Positions 44,523 through 53,740 of a stretch of DNA of 64,000 nt are shown in pieces. The stretch spans positions 6,960 to 70,959 of IMG/VR virus record IMGVR_UViG_3300038456_000361; one strand, written 5' to 3'. Position 1 is the first letter of the stretch. Every line of letters begins with the position of its first letter. A model generated the notes under the pieces. That model searched no databases, was not told the DNA's origin, and worked only from the letters and a program-made list of their open reading frames with translations. Both the position numbers and the translations under genes were made by a program. Origin of the DNA: a virus.

Positions 44523-44628
44523 AAAAAGGAGCCAGCTGAGGGGGCTTCACCCTCACCATCCCTTTTCCCCGGCGCCGGGTACTTCCGGGGAGACTGCCGG
44601 ACCGCCTTGCGGCGGCCGACAAGCTGGC
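44523..44628 (-). ncRNA. Candidate multi-stem cis-regulatory RNA
   Basis: Closing stem GCCAGC/GCTGGC encloses three hairpins, followed by a U-tract and SD; promoter TGTGGTATAGT at 44654-44644. Confidence 0.5.
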
Positions 44629-44679
44629 ATAGAAGACGGGGCTACTATACCACAAGTCCTGCGGCTGGGGCAGCGCCTA

Positions 44680-46125
44680 CTACTTCTTGGCGGCGCTGTC
44701 CAGGGCGAAACGGGCCGCCACGTACAGATTGTGGAGCCGCTGTTGCACGGCCTGGGGGTCAACCCCGGTGGTGCTGCCGTCCTTGGCGGTCCCGAAGACG
44801 TTCACGTCCGGGGTGCCGGTGGCGAGGCTCTTCTGGAGCAGGGCCTTGCCGGCTTCGATGGCGGCCTTGTGCTCGGCCTCGGCGACAGCGGCCTGGGAGG
44901 CCAAGCCTTCCGACTTGGTCATCCCCGAGCACTTGCAGAGGTTGGTGGCCTTGTTGCACTTCTTGCACAGCTCGGACTTCCCTAGGTTGCCACAGCAGCA
45001 GGCGTCTGCCTTGGACCCGCACTTGCCGCACTTCTCCGACATCGAGAAGAAGTCGCGCTCGCCGGAGGTGCCACCCGGTTCGGACTTGCTGTAGCTGGCG
45101 CCCGAGGCGCCCATGCCCTCGCTGGTCTCGTAGCCGCCCTTGCTCTGGGCGGAACGCACCGCGGAGATTCCGGATTCATCGGCCTTTTCGACCGAGCTGG
45201 CCGTGGAGGTCTCGCTCGAGCCCGACCGGCTCGAGGAACTCCCCTCCCAGGGCTTGCTGCCCTTGCCGACGCTGGAGCCGCTCGAGGCGGAACCCTCGGC
45301 AGACGAATCCTCGTCGATGCGGCCGCCGCCGGTACCCTTCTGGGCGGCGTGCACGGCGCGCAGGCCGGAGTTGTCGGCCTTCTCGACCTTGGCGGTCTGG
45401 GCGACGCTGTTCGGGGTCAGGTCCAGCTGCTGCCCCTCCTTGGTGAGGCTCTCCGCCTTCGCCATGGCGGCGTGACGGCTCTCGAAGTACCCGAGGGCGC
45501 GCTGGCTGAAGCCGTCGCTCTTGACGAGCACGTGCTGGCTCGGGCGGGCGCCGTGGGGCACCTCCCAGGTCCGGTAGAGGACGCCCTCGGCCTTGTCGAG
45601 GTGCTCGTGGAAGCCCCCGCTGTTGTCGTCCTTGCGCGTCCACTCCAGATTCAGGGTCTCGTTGTTGTCGGCCATGTGCTTCTCCTTCTTTCCTAGATTG
45701 TCCAGGACGAAAATGTCACCCCTGTGGGGCTTGAATGAGTAGAACTTCTGTCTCTCGCTGCCAGATGCGGCGTCAAGGTGCTGCTGCACTTCCTTGGGAA
45801 CGGGCCCGACGGCGTCATGCCCGAGCTGCTTGCAGTGCATCTGGTACATGAGGCCGTGCTTACGGGCTTCGCGGTTGTCCCCCGCGGCCTCGGCGAGTTT
45901 GATTCCTTGGAGGTGGTGCGCGGCGGCCTTGGCGTGCGTCTGGTGCTTGTACTCGCCGTAGGCCTTGTCCTCGGCCTCGTGACGCGGGAGTTTGCCATCA
46001 AATTCTGCGAGCGCGGCCTCGCGGTCAAGCTCGGTGCCATGGCTCGCCTCGGTGACGTCGCGGCCAGCCCATTGAGGGCGCAGGTGCTTGTGCTGCTCTT
46101 TCGGCTTGTGGCTCTCATCCGGCAT
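44680..46125 (-). CDS. Putative internal head protein with many xxK|AE/SE motifs
   Basis: Start set by TAATCTA-N6-ATG; internal promoter and start at 45675. Confidence 0.65.
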   Translation of the reverse strand: MPDESHKPKEQHKHLRPQWAGRDVTEASHGTELDREAALAEFDGKLPRHEAEDKAYGEYKHQTHAKAAAHHLQGIKLAEAAGDNREARKHGLMYQMHCKQLGHDAVGPVPKEVQQHLDAASGSERQKFYSFKPHRGDIFVLDNLGKKEKHMADNNETLNLEWTRKDDNSGGFHEHLDKAEGVLYRTWEVPHGARPSQHVLVKSDGFSQRALGYFESRHAAMAKAESLTKEGQQLDLTPNSVAQTAKVEKADNSGLRAVHAAQKGTGGGRIDEDSSAEGSASSGSSVGKGSKPWEGSSSSRSGSSETSTASSVEKADESGISAVRSAQSKGGYETSEGMGASGASYSKSEPGGTSGERDFFSMSEKCGKCGSKADACCCGNLGKSELCKKCNKATNLCKCSGMTKSEGLASQAAVAEAEHKAAIEAGKALLQKSLATGTPDVNVFGTAKDGSTTGVDPQAVQQRLHNLYVAARFALDSAAKK

Positions 46126-46142
46126 GGGTCCTAGATTACCGT

Positions 46143-47135
46143 CTACTCCTGCCGGGCTAGCCCCTGCAGACCCTCGAGGAATACCTCGATGTTCTCGGGT
46201 TCCCACTCGTGGCCGAAGGTGACCGTGTACCCGTCTTGCGTGCGCGTCGCGGATGCGCTTTTAGCCAATTCGAGGTAGCACCCACACCCAACCAGGCGCT
46301 CGCCCCGGAACTGGGGGAGCCCGCACACGGGGCACGGGCGCTGGGCCTGGCTGCGCGTGAGCTTGATTTGGGGCGCCGTGTCCGGCTGTTTGTCCGGTTG
46401 TGCTCCCCCCGAAGCCGGGGGTTTCACTGAGGGAATCTTGGCCGCGCGCCCCACCGTGTCCAGTTTCGTGTCCGGTTTCTTCTTGGCGTTGTTGACCTTG
46501 GGCTGCTTGATGGGGGCCACCGCGGCCAGGGGCTTGCCCTGTTTCATGGGTGCGGCCGCGGGTCCCGGCGGCTCGGCCTTGGAGCACTTGAAGCACGTGT
46601 CGCTATCCACGTGTGCCCCCATGGTGCCCTTGCACTTCTGGCAGTGAGTGACACGCACGCCCTTCTGCAGGTAGCCGTCACCAACCCACTCGAAACTCCT
46701 GGCCTCCTCGGCCCTGTTGATTTCCGCCACGGCCTTGCGTGCCTTCGCGAGGAGGTCGATGCTCCTCCCGAGACGCTGCAGGTCCACGTCCCTGAGGCTG
46801 GGGTCGAGGGCGTCCGCGTCCACGCCCAGGGCGATGCCGATGCTCGCCGCGAGCTGGAGGCGCGTGGCCCCCTCGAAGCCGTAGCTGGCGTCCCCGACGG
46901 AGATGACGCCCGTGAGGGTGTCCGTGGGCTCGCCCTTGCTGAAGCTCAGGTAGCTGTTGCTCACGCCCGGAAGCTCGCCCTCGTAGTCGCAGCCCTGGAG
47001 CTGGAGCCAGGAGAGGAGCGCGCGCGGCACGAGCACGGGCGCGAGCACGGGGGAGCGCTCCGCGGCCTTTGCGAGGGCGGTCGCGCCGTCCTCACCGAGG
47101 GTGGCTGCCAGAAAGCCGTAGCGAATCACGTCCAT
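46143..47135 (-). CDS. Late protein with zinc-ribbon motifs and LxK motifs
   Basis: CAATCTA-N6-ATG; CQKC..CFKC; CPVCG..GCGC. Confidence 0.65.
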   Translation of the reverse strand: MDVIRYGFLAATLGEDGATALAKAAERSPVLAPVLVPRALLSWLQLQGCDYEGELPGVSNSYLSFSKGEPTDTLTGVISVGDASYGFEGATRLQLAASIGIALGVDADALDPSLRDVDLQRLGRSIDLLAKARKAVAEINRAEEARSFEWVGDGYLQKGVRVTHCQKCKGTMGAHVDSDTCFKCSKAEPPGPAAAPMKQGKPLAAVAPIKQPKVNNAKKKPDTKLDTVGRAAKIPSVKPPASGGAQPDKQPDTAPQIKLTRSQAQRPCPVCGLPQFRGERLVGCGCYLELAKSASATRTQDGYTVTFGHEWEPENIEVFLEGLQGLARQE

Positions 47136-47153
47136 AGGGACTAGATTGCGGGC

Positions 47154-48071
47154 TTATCTTGGCCCGAACCCGCCGCCACGTGGCGCGAGTATCTGCCGGA
47201 GGTTCGACTGCCCCAGGCTGGCGGGCAACCCGGTCACGGGTTTCCCCGGGGACTGGTCCTCGCCCTTGTTGTCCTGGTTCTCGAACACGTACTCGCGCTG
47301 GAGGAGCGCCTGCTGGGGCATGCGCACCGTGTGCCGGATGCCCGTCGCGGGGTCCTCGAGCTGGGTGACCCGGATTTCGTGCGGGAGGTCCTTCACGTAC
47401 CAATATGGCCGGTAGCAGTAACGGATGCTGCAGATGCCCCCCGTGCCCGCCTCGGGGTTTGACACGGGCTGGCGGCCGCCCTCGAGCCACCTGAGGAGGC
47501 CATTGTCGATGGTGAAGTCCTGGCCCTGTACGAGGTCCCGACCCTGGCTGTCCACGAGCTGCTCCACGCGCACAAGCGGGTAGTCGAGCTTGTCCGTGGG
47601 TCCCCCGCAGGCCTCGAAGAGCTGCCAGTTGCCGACGATGATGGTCTCCTCGGCGAGGTACATGCGGTCATAGGGCAGGAGCAGACACTCGAAGGGCTCC
47701 CCGCCGGCCGAGAGCACGTCGTAGGTCCGCGGGGGCGTGACCATGATGTTCGCCTGGTTCACGATGCCGATGTCCAGGACCTGGGGGTTGTCGCTGTTGT
47801 TGCTGACGGCGCAGGTGATGGGTGCCACGAGTTTGTACAGGAAGCCGTTACTGCACTCGCCGTGCTCGCCATGCGGGTGGCGCTCGTCGTCGGCGTCGAC
47901 CATGCCAATGGGGCACTTCATCGCTCGCCAGTGGACCAAGGTTAGCCCGTGAGACCTGAGCATGTTATCGAACGCATCTGCGTCGAAATTTACAGCCTCG
48001 GTGGGGAGCTGCGTATCCTGGACTTGGGAGAATTGTTGCTTGGGAAATGGCTTGAAGGGCGGGCGTGGCAT
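47154..48071 (-). CDS. Neck / head-closure protein
   Basis: WRAMKCP...CSNGFLY; SIRY.YRP.WYV....HEIR, resembling SPO1-type neck proteins. Confidence 0.65.
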   Translation of the reverse strand: MPRPPFKPFPKQQFSQVQDTQLPTEAVNFDADAFDNMLRSHGLTLVHWRAMKCPIGMVDADDERHPHGEHGECSNGFLYKLVAPITCAVSNNSDNPQVLDIGIVNQANIMVTPPRTYDVLSAGGEPFECLLLPYDRMYLAEETIIVGNWQLFEACGGPTDKLDYPLVRVEQLVDSQGRDLVQGQDFTIDNGLLRWLEGGRQPVSNPEAGTGGICSIRYCYRPYWYVKDLPHEIRVTQLEDPATGIRHTVRMPQQALLQREYVFENQDNKGEDQSPGKPVTGLPASLGQSNLRQILAPRGGGFGPR

Positions 48072-48103
48072 CTGGGATGGCCCTCCAGGGACCGATGTGG
48101 CGG

Positions 48104-48319
48104 CTAGCGGTTGTAGGTGATGAGGGCGTCCTTCTCGAGGACGGCGTCGTTGAGAATCTCGACGGTCCCCTCGGGAGTGAGCCTGTAGTCGGTGCCGCTC
48201 ACGAGCGTGGTGGCACCCGCGTCGACGATGACGCTCTCGATGTTGATGGGCCGGAGCACCAGGCGCGTGTTCTTGTAGAGCTTGGAGACTTCGACCTGTC
48301 GGATTCCGATGATGGACAT
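48104..48319 (-). CDS. Small beta-rich structural protein
   Basis: LVSGTDY.L..EGTV; AAGGAG SD. Confidence 0.55.
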   Translation of the reverse strand: MSIIGIRQVEVSKLYKNTRLVLRPINIESVIVDAGATTLVSGTDYRLTPEGTVEILNDAVLEKDALITYNR

Positions 48320-48323
48320 GGTG

Positions 48324-48632
48324 TTACTCCTTCGCCTCGAGGGCGTTGAAACGGTCCGTGAGGTCCTCGTAACTTTGCAGAAGGTGCGCGTACGCCTCAA
48401 CGGGCACGTAGTCGGCCTTGCTGAGTTCGGTGATTTCCAGCTCGGGCTCGCGCTTGCGGGCGATATGACGTGCGATGGCGCGGTGGCTGCCGGTGCCGAA
48501 GGTGTGCTGTTCGCCGTTCTTGAGGCCCACCAAGAGATGAAATCCTCCGGATGTTGCAATTTCGAACACGGGCTTGCCCTTGAAGAGGCCGACTTGTTTG
48601 CGGTAGGCCAGGTGCTTTAGAGATATATCCAT
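48324..48632 (-). CDS. Hypothetical late protein
   Basis: TAATCTA-N6-ATG; LSKAD motif. Confidence 0.65.
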   Translation of the reverse strand: MDISLKHLAYRKQVGLFKGKPVFEIATSGGFHLLVGLKNGEQHTFGTGSHRAIARHIARKREPELEITELSKADYVPVEAYAHLLQSYEDLTDRFNALEAKE

Positions 48633-48637
48633 GACCC

Positions 48638-51600
48638 TTAGATTACTGGCGCGAGGGCGTTACTGGTCTCCCAGCTGTCCAGGCCCACCCACATGCGGTT
48701 GATGGTCAGGTCCACGGGCGTACCCTCACGGATGGTGGTCTTGAGTTTGGCGAGGCGCCGTAGGCACGGCCCAGGGTCGAGGCCGAAACGCGCCATGATG
48801 GTCTCGAGAGCGTCGGCGTGCAGGCCGTTCACCCAATCCCGGAGCAGGGCCTCCACGTGCGCATCCGCACGGGGGAGACGCCGGAGCTTCTCCTCAGGGT
48901 CGAGGGTGTTGAATTTTCGGGGGGACCACGCGCGCAGGTAGTAGGCGACAAAGGACGAGCGGTCGTGCCCGGGGTTGAAGCCGTTGCCCGCGAACGCGCT
49001 CCCGTGGTCGATGAGGTACATCCTCTCGGGCTGGCCGTTGTCCGCGAGGATGTTCTGCCCGTGCCTGTCCACGTTCCCGAGGATGCCGTCGAGCACGGCC
49101 CACTTGTGCAGGGTGCCCGTCTTCAGGTACGAGTGCAGGCTCCAGAGCACGTGCATGCTGTCCTCCTTGGCGCGCTTCTCCAGGGACCGGAACTCAGGTG
49201 GCAGGAACTGCATGGCCGCGACGGGCTTGCCGTCGATGAGGAGCAACTCGCACTTGGGGACGCTGTCCCCGAGCCCGAAGACGGTCTTCGCGCACGCGTA
49301 AAAGCAGGCCTCGCGGGCGCTCTGACTGCCCTGGGTCTCGCGGATGCCCGCCGCGGGGCTCGGAGAGCCCGAGCCGGGCTTGAGCAGCCACACGTCATCG
49401 CTGTCGGGGTCGTGCGCGACGAGCGTGCCCTTGCTGTGCTTGCCCTTGAGCTGGATGGCCTCGACGCGCTTGTGCCGGAAGGCGGCGCGCACGGCCTCGG
49501 CTACGCCGTCGGCGCTCGCCGTGCCTGCGACGATGCTCCCGGGCGTGCGCGGGCGGTCCTGGGGCTCGAAGTTCTGCTCCCCCTTGCCGAGACGCTCCTC
49601 CTCGTTGTGGACGGCGAAGTGGGAGGGGCGTGCGAGTTTGCGCTCCTGCTGCTGGGTCGCCACCACGGAGAGGATGCCCTGCAGGGACAGGCGGTGCTCC
49701 TCGTCGGGCTCCATGCCGTAGGCGCGCAACGCGGCCGCGTCGCGGTCTCCGTCCTCCTCCCAGACGAAGCGGCGCATGTCCTCGGGCGCGAGCCGGGCCT
49801 TGCCCCCGGAGAGGAAGCGTGCCGCCTCGAAGACCTGGTCCTCATCGAGGTGGTGTCCCTCGAAGTCGGCCACGAAGTCGGGGTCCGCGAGGGGCAGGAG
49901 GTCATGGCTGCCCCCGTCCTGGCCGCGGATGGCGTTGCCCGGCTGGTGCGCGCCCTCGGCGCTCACGCTCTCGTAGCTCTGGTCGGGGTTGTGCTGGTCC
50001 GGGGTGTCGATGGCGCCCGGCATGCCGTTCACGTGCCCGTACTCGGCCTTGGCGAGGTTGCGTCCACGGGCCCAGGGCTGGATGCTGCGCGCCCAGTCCG
50101 CGGGGGCGACCGCGGCGGCCGTCAGCAGGGAGTTGTGGGCGCGCTTCATCTGCGTCCCGAACTCCTGGACGGCCTCGGGGGTGTGACCCTTGCACGTGTG
50201 GTACGCGGCGCGCTCCCCGGGGTTGTTCAGGTAGTTCAGCATCAACGCCATGCGCTCCTCAAAGGGGTAGGGGTGCTCGTGCTCGAGCTGGCCATTGGAG
50301 GCGTGCGTGACGCGCGTAGTGGGGGCGCGGTCCCGCATGAACGTGTCCACGTACTCACGCTGGTGCTTGGGGATGGAGTGGTAGAGGTTGTGCGCGAACG
50401 TGAGGCGCCCCACGGGCCCGTACTTCGCGTTCACGCGGTTGAGCATCTGGTGCAGGTCCTCGTGGGGCTTGGTCGACTGACCGGACCTGGGGTTCGAACT
50501 CGCCCAGGTGTTGATGTTCTTGGGGTCATGTTTGACGCCCCGGAGGGCGGCGTCCTTGCTGTAGGCGATGTTCGTCCTGCCCGTGCCAGCCCCGGGACCC
50601 GTGTACGTGGCCCCGAGGTCCGATGCGTTCTCGCTCGCGATTTGCTCCGCCTGGTCCGCGCGGCCGTTCGTGCGCACCGCGTTGACCACGGCCCGGTTCT
50701 TGATGTTGAACTCCCGCGGCGTGTGTATGACGGGCGTCTCCCGGGGGTTGTCCCCGAGGCCCATCTTCGGGAAGGTGGGCGTGGTGCGGTCCTTCTGGAG
50801 GAGCCACTCCTGGGCCTCTCGGGCGAAGCCCGCGTCCAGCTGGGTGCCGACCGCCTTCCGGAGGCCCGCGGGCAGGTGCGGGTGCTCGGCCACGAGCGCC
50901 TTCGTGGCGGCGCTGACGCCCGGGTTCACGAGGATGGCCACGGCCTGGTCCTGGGTCAACGCGGGGTTCGTGGCCACGCCCTCGAGGACCTCGGGGTCAC
51001 CTCCGTCGAGGAGCTGCTGCAGCTGGTCCGGCTCGAGGTTCGGGCTCGTCGCGAGCGCGCGCCTGACCAGGGGGTTCGTGTCCGCGAGGGCCTGCTCGAT
51101 GTGCGTGGCGTCCGCCAGGGGGTGCCTGGCCGCCTCTATGCGCACGTTCGGGGCCGAGTGCGCCAACGCCTGGGTGAGGACCTCGGGGTCCACCAGGGCG
51201 TGTTTCAGCGCAGCCAGGGCCACCTGCGCGTCGGGGTCCTCGACGCCCCGGCGCACGTCCGCCTGGGTCACGCCCGGGAGCTTGAGGGCCATCATGCGCT
51301 CGGCGCGCGCGGGATGCTGCATGAGGGTCTCGACATCAGTCTTTTCAAGGACTTCCCCGGCTGATGGGTAATTACGGGCACTCTTGGCCAGGGGCTTCAC
51401 GTCCAGGGGGTAGAAGACCGCGACGGCGTTGGGGACCGTGGGGTGGTAGTTCTTGTACCCGTGGTATTTCTTACGGATTTTCCGCTCCACCTCATCGAGG
51501 TCCGCGGGCTCGTAGATGCGGCCCTCGTCGGTCTGGCGCCACTTGGGGCGCATGTACCCCTCGGGGTCCTTGCCGATGTCGTAGAGTTTCCACCCCTTGG

Positions 51601-53104
51601 GGAGCTTGGCGCGGTACTTCTGGTACTGGCCGGCCTTGAACGTGCTCTCGGGCTCGGTGCCGGCGTGGTAGAGGTAGGTGCGGGGGATGCGGTTCTGGCG
51701 CTGGGCCTCGCCCCCGTGCAGGCCGAACGCGCCAGTACCCTGCATGCTGGGGTCGAGGCGCTTGAGGCCGCGCATGGGGCTGTAGTGGTCGAACTCCTCC
51801 TGGGGGGCCTCGGGCTCGGCCTTACCGAAGACAGGCTTGTTGCGGTATGAGAGGACGTGCTTGACCTCTTGCTGGTGCTGTGCCTGGGTGTCGGTGATGC
51901 TCGCGGGCGCGTTCTGACGTGCCAGGTCTCGACGCTGGATATTGTCTCCCAGGGCGTTGACGCGGGCATCCACGTTCCCCGGCAGGGTGCGGTCGTAGTG
52001 GCTCGTGGGCCCGATGACCTTCCGAGGATAGTGCTGGTGCACCTCGAACTCGGCCATGTTGGGGACGATGACCTCTTCCTCGGGGGAGTGGCTATCATGC
52101 CCGGCCTGCGTGGGAGAGAAGCGGATGTGATGTTCCGGCACCCAGGCGCTGACGACCCCTCCGGGGCGGTTGAAACCCTGGGCGATGCCGAGGTTTGGTG
52201 TCCAGCTACTGGCAGAGGTCGTGGCAAAGCGCTTTCCGTCGGGGCTCATACCGCGGTTGCGCTCGACGTCGCCCATGCCCCTGTGGAGCAGGAACTCACG
52301 TTTCTGGGTCTTGGGGTCGATACGGACCTGGGTACTACCGTGCAGGCCATGTAGGAGCCTCTGGGTGTCCTCGTGGGGCATTCCCTCGACAGCCAGCCCT
52401 TCTCGAGCGTCTTTGTCCTGGAGGCCTACCCAGTCTGCGGCGTGCCCATAGGTCTCGTCGCTGATATTACCCTTGCCCTCACGGTTACCCTCGGAGGGCC
52501 AGCGCTTGGTGGCGACGCCCTTCTGCAGCTCGGACTTGAAGGTGGTGGCGGGGTGAGCCACGGGCTCGACCTGCATCTGCAGGTGCGGTGCCTGGAAAGG
52601 CGCCAGGACCTCGCCCAGGGGCTGCTCAGGTCCTTCCTCGACCTCGTTCCAGTCCTGGAGGCCGAGCATGCGCAGGACCACGTTCTTGGGCGAGTGGAGG
52701 TTCTCGAGGATGTACGAGGGAATGAACTCCGGGTCCACCCACTCATGGTCGTGGAACTCTCCATCGGGGTCGTTGTCGAACTTGACGTCCTGGCCCGGGG
52801 GGATGTTACAGCGGAAGGCGTGCACGCGGATGGTGTCTCCCCGCCAGCCCGTGACGACGTCATTGCCGAGCGCCTTCAGGGTCTCGCTCTCGGGGATGAG
52901 GCCCACCTCCTCGAGAAGCTCCCTGGCTGCGCAGCGCTCGGGGCGCTCGTCGGGTTCCAGGTGCCCACCTGGTAAAGACCATTTCCCGTCATCCCTCCTT
53001 AGGCCGAAAAGAAGTTTGCCGTCCGGATTAAAGACTGCTACCGAGGCCACTTCCCTCTCGGGGTAGTCCTTTTGTTCCGGGGCAATATCGCCTTTACGAA
53101 GCAT
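48638..53104 (-). CDS. Polyvalent protein: Nudix, ART-like x2, HEAT-like repeats, zincin, PI3/4K/HipA-like kinase
   Basis: GGHLEPDE...ARELLEEVG; LHRG..SSWT..EEEVIV; HYS..LDP..GTG..RTYLY; LA..PNL repeats; HEDLH; LLKP..GNVDRHGQN..LIDHG. Confidence 0.8.
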   Translation of the reverse strand: MLRKGDIAPEQKDYPEREVASVAVFNPDGKLLFGLRRDDGKWSLPGGHLEPDERPERCAARELLEEVGLIPESETLKALGNDVVTGWRGDTIRVHAFRCNIPPGQDVKFDNDPDGEFHDHEWVDPEFIPSYILENLHSPKNVVLRMLGLQDWNEVEEGPEQPLGEVLAPFQAPHLQMQVEPVAHPATTFKSELQKGVATKRWPSEGNREGKGNISDETYGHAADWVGLQDKDAREGLAVEGMPHEDTQRLLHGLHGSTQVRIDPKTQKREFLLHRGMGDVERNRGMSPDGKRFATTSASSWTPNLGIAQGFNRPGGVVSAWVPEHHIRFSPTQAGHDSHSPEEEVIVPNMAEFEVHQHYPRKVIGPTSHYDRTLPGNVDARVNALGDNIQRRDLARQNAPASITDTQAQHQQEVKHVLSYRNKPVFGKAEPEAPQEEFDHYSPMRGLKRLDPSMQGTGAFGLHGGEAQRQNRIPRTYLYHAGTEPESTFKAGQYQKYRAKLPKGWKLYDIGKDPEGYMRPKWRQTDEGRIYEPADLDEVERKIRKKYHGYKNYHPTVPNAVAVFYPLDVKPLAKSARNYPSAGEVLEKTDVETLMQHPARAERMMALKLPGVTQADVRRGVEDPDAQVALAALKHALVDPEVLTQALAHSAPNVRIEAARHPLADATHIEQALADTNPLVRRALATSPNLEPDQLQQLLDGGDPEVLEGVATNPALTQDQAVAILVNPGVSAATKALVAEHPHLPAGLRKAVGTQLDAGFAREAQEWLLQKDRTTPTFPKMGLGDNPRETPVIHTPREFNIKNRAVVNAVRTNGRADQAEQIASENASDLGATYTGPGAGTGRTNIAYSKDAALRGVKHDPKNINTWASSNPRSGQSTKPHEDLHQMLNRVNAKYGPVGRLTFAHNLYHSIPKHQREYVDTFMRDRAPTTRVTHASNGQLEHEHPYPFEERMALMLNYLNNPGERAAYHTCKGHTPEAVQEFGTQMKRAHNSLLTAAAVAPADWARSIQPWARGRNLAKAEYGHVNGMPGAIDTPDQHNPDQSYESVSAEGAHQPGNAIRGQDGGSHDLLPLADPDFVADFEGHHLDEDQVFEAARFLSGGKARLAPEDMRRFVWEEDGDRDAAALRAYGMEPDEEHRLSLQGILSVVATQQQERKLARPSHFAVHNEEERLGKGEQNFEPQDRPRTPGSIVAGTASADGVAEAVRAAFRHKRVEAIQLKGKHSKGTLVAHDPDSDDVWLLKPGSGSPSPAAGIRETQGSQSAREACFYACAKTVFGLGDSVPKCELLLIDGKPVAAMQFLPPEFRSLEKRAKEDSMHVLWSLHSYLKTGTLHKWAVLDGILGNVDRHGQNILADNGQPERMYLIDHGSAFAGNGFNPGHDRSSFVAYYLRAWSPRKFNTLDPEEKLRRLPRADAHVEALLRDWVNGLHADALETIMARFGLDPGPCLRRLAKLKTTIREGTPVDLTINRMWVGLDSWETSNALAPVI

Positions 53105-53723
53105 AGGTGAAAACGCGCCCCCCAGCGTGGCTCCGGCGACCCTTAAGAACCGCTACGATATTCCCAGCAGGAATGCCCAGTTGTCGAGCCGCAGTAGAAA
53201 CTCCGGAATAACGATTTCCATCCTGGTCCACAACTGGGCGCTGCAGATGTGCATTCGCAATCGTATGAGTGACCGACATCCTGACACGCGTCTCGGGGGA
53301 TACTACATGTGGCCCCCTGGTGGCCTCTCTCTTTGCAATAGATTCTGGGGAGAGCTTCCTCCCTCTGAGAGCCGACGACATCTTCAGGCGAACCCCCGCG
53401 GTTGGATTCAGGTTCCCGTCCCCACCGGCAGTTCCGTTTGTGAGCTTGTACCCCATTTTCTTGAAGTAGGCTATCCAGTGCATCTCTGCCTCGGGCAAGA
53501 TGGCTGGGTCATCAAAACTCTGAATGACGACCACCTCAGGTTGCGCCCCAGTGGACAAAAGTTGGCGTATCCAGTTTGCCTTGTGGGTGTTTCCGTCTTC
53601 CCTGAGAGACCACCCCTTAGAGTGCTCTCGGGGGCGTCGCATGCCATTCTTGCTCAGGCCTATGTAGCGGAGTTGGCGGTCACGGGGGTCTACTAGCCCG
53701 TAGATGATAGCGATGTCGCCCAT
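53094..53723 (-). CDS. GIY-YIG homing endonuclease with NUMOD-type tail
   Basis: IIYGLVDPR...RYIG; E.HWI; LTN.TAGGDG. Confidence 0.88.
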   Translation of the reverse strand: MGDIAIIYGLVDPRDRQLRYIGLSKNGMRRPREHSKGWSLREDGNTHKANWIRQLLSTGAQPEVVVIQSFDDPAILPEAEMHWIAYFKKMGYKLTNGTAGGDGNLNPTAGVRLKMSSALRGRKLSPESIAKREATRGPHVVSPETRVRMSVTHTIANAHLQRPVVDQDGNRYSGVSTAARQLGIPAGNIVAVLKGRRSHAGGRVFTYAS

Positions 53724-53740
53724 GCCCCTTAGATTGCGGC

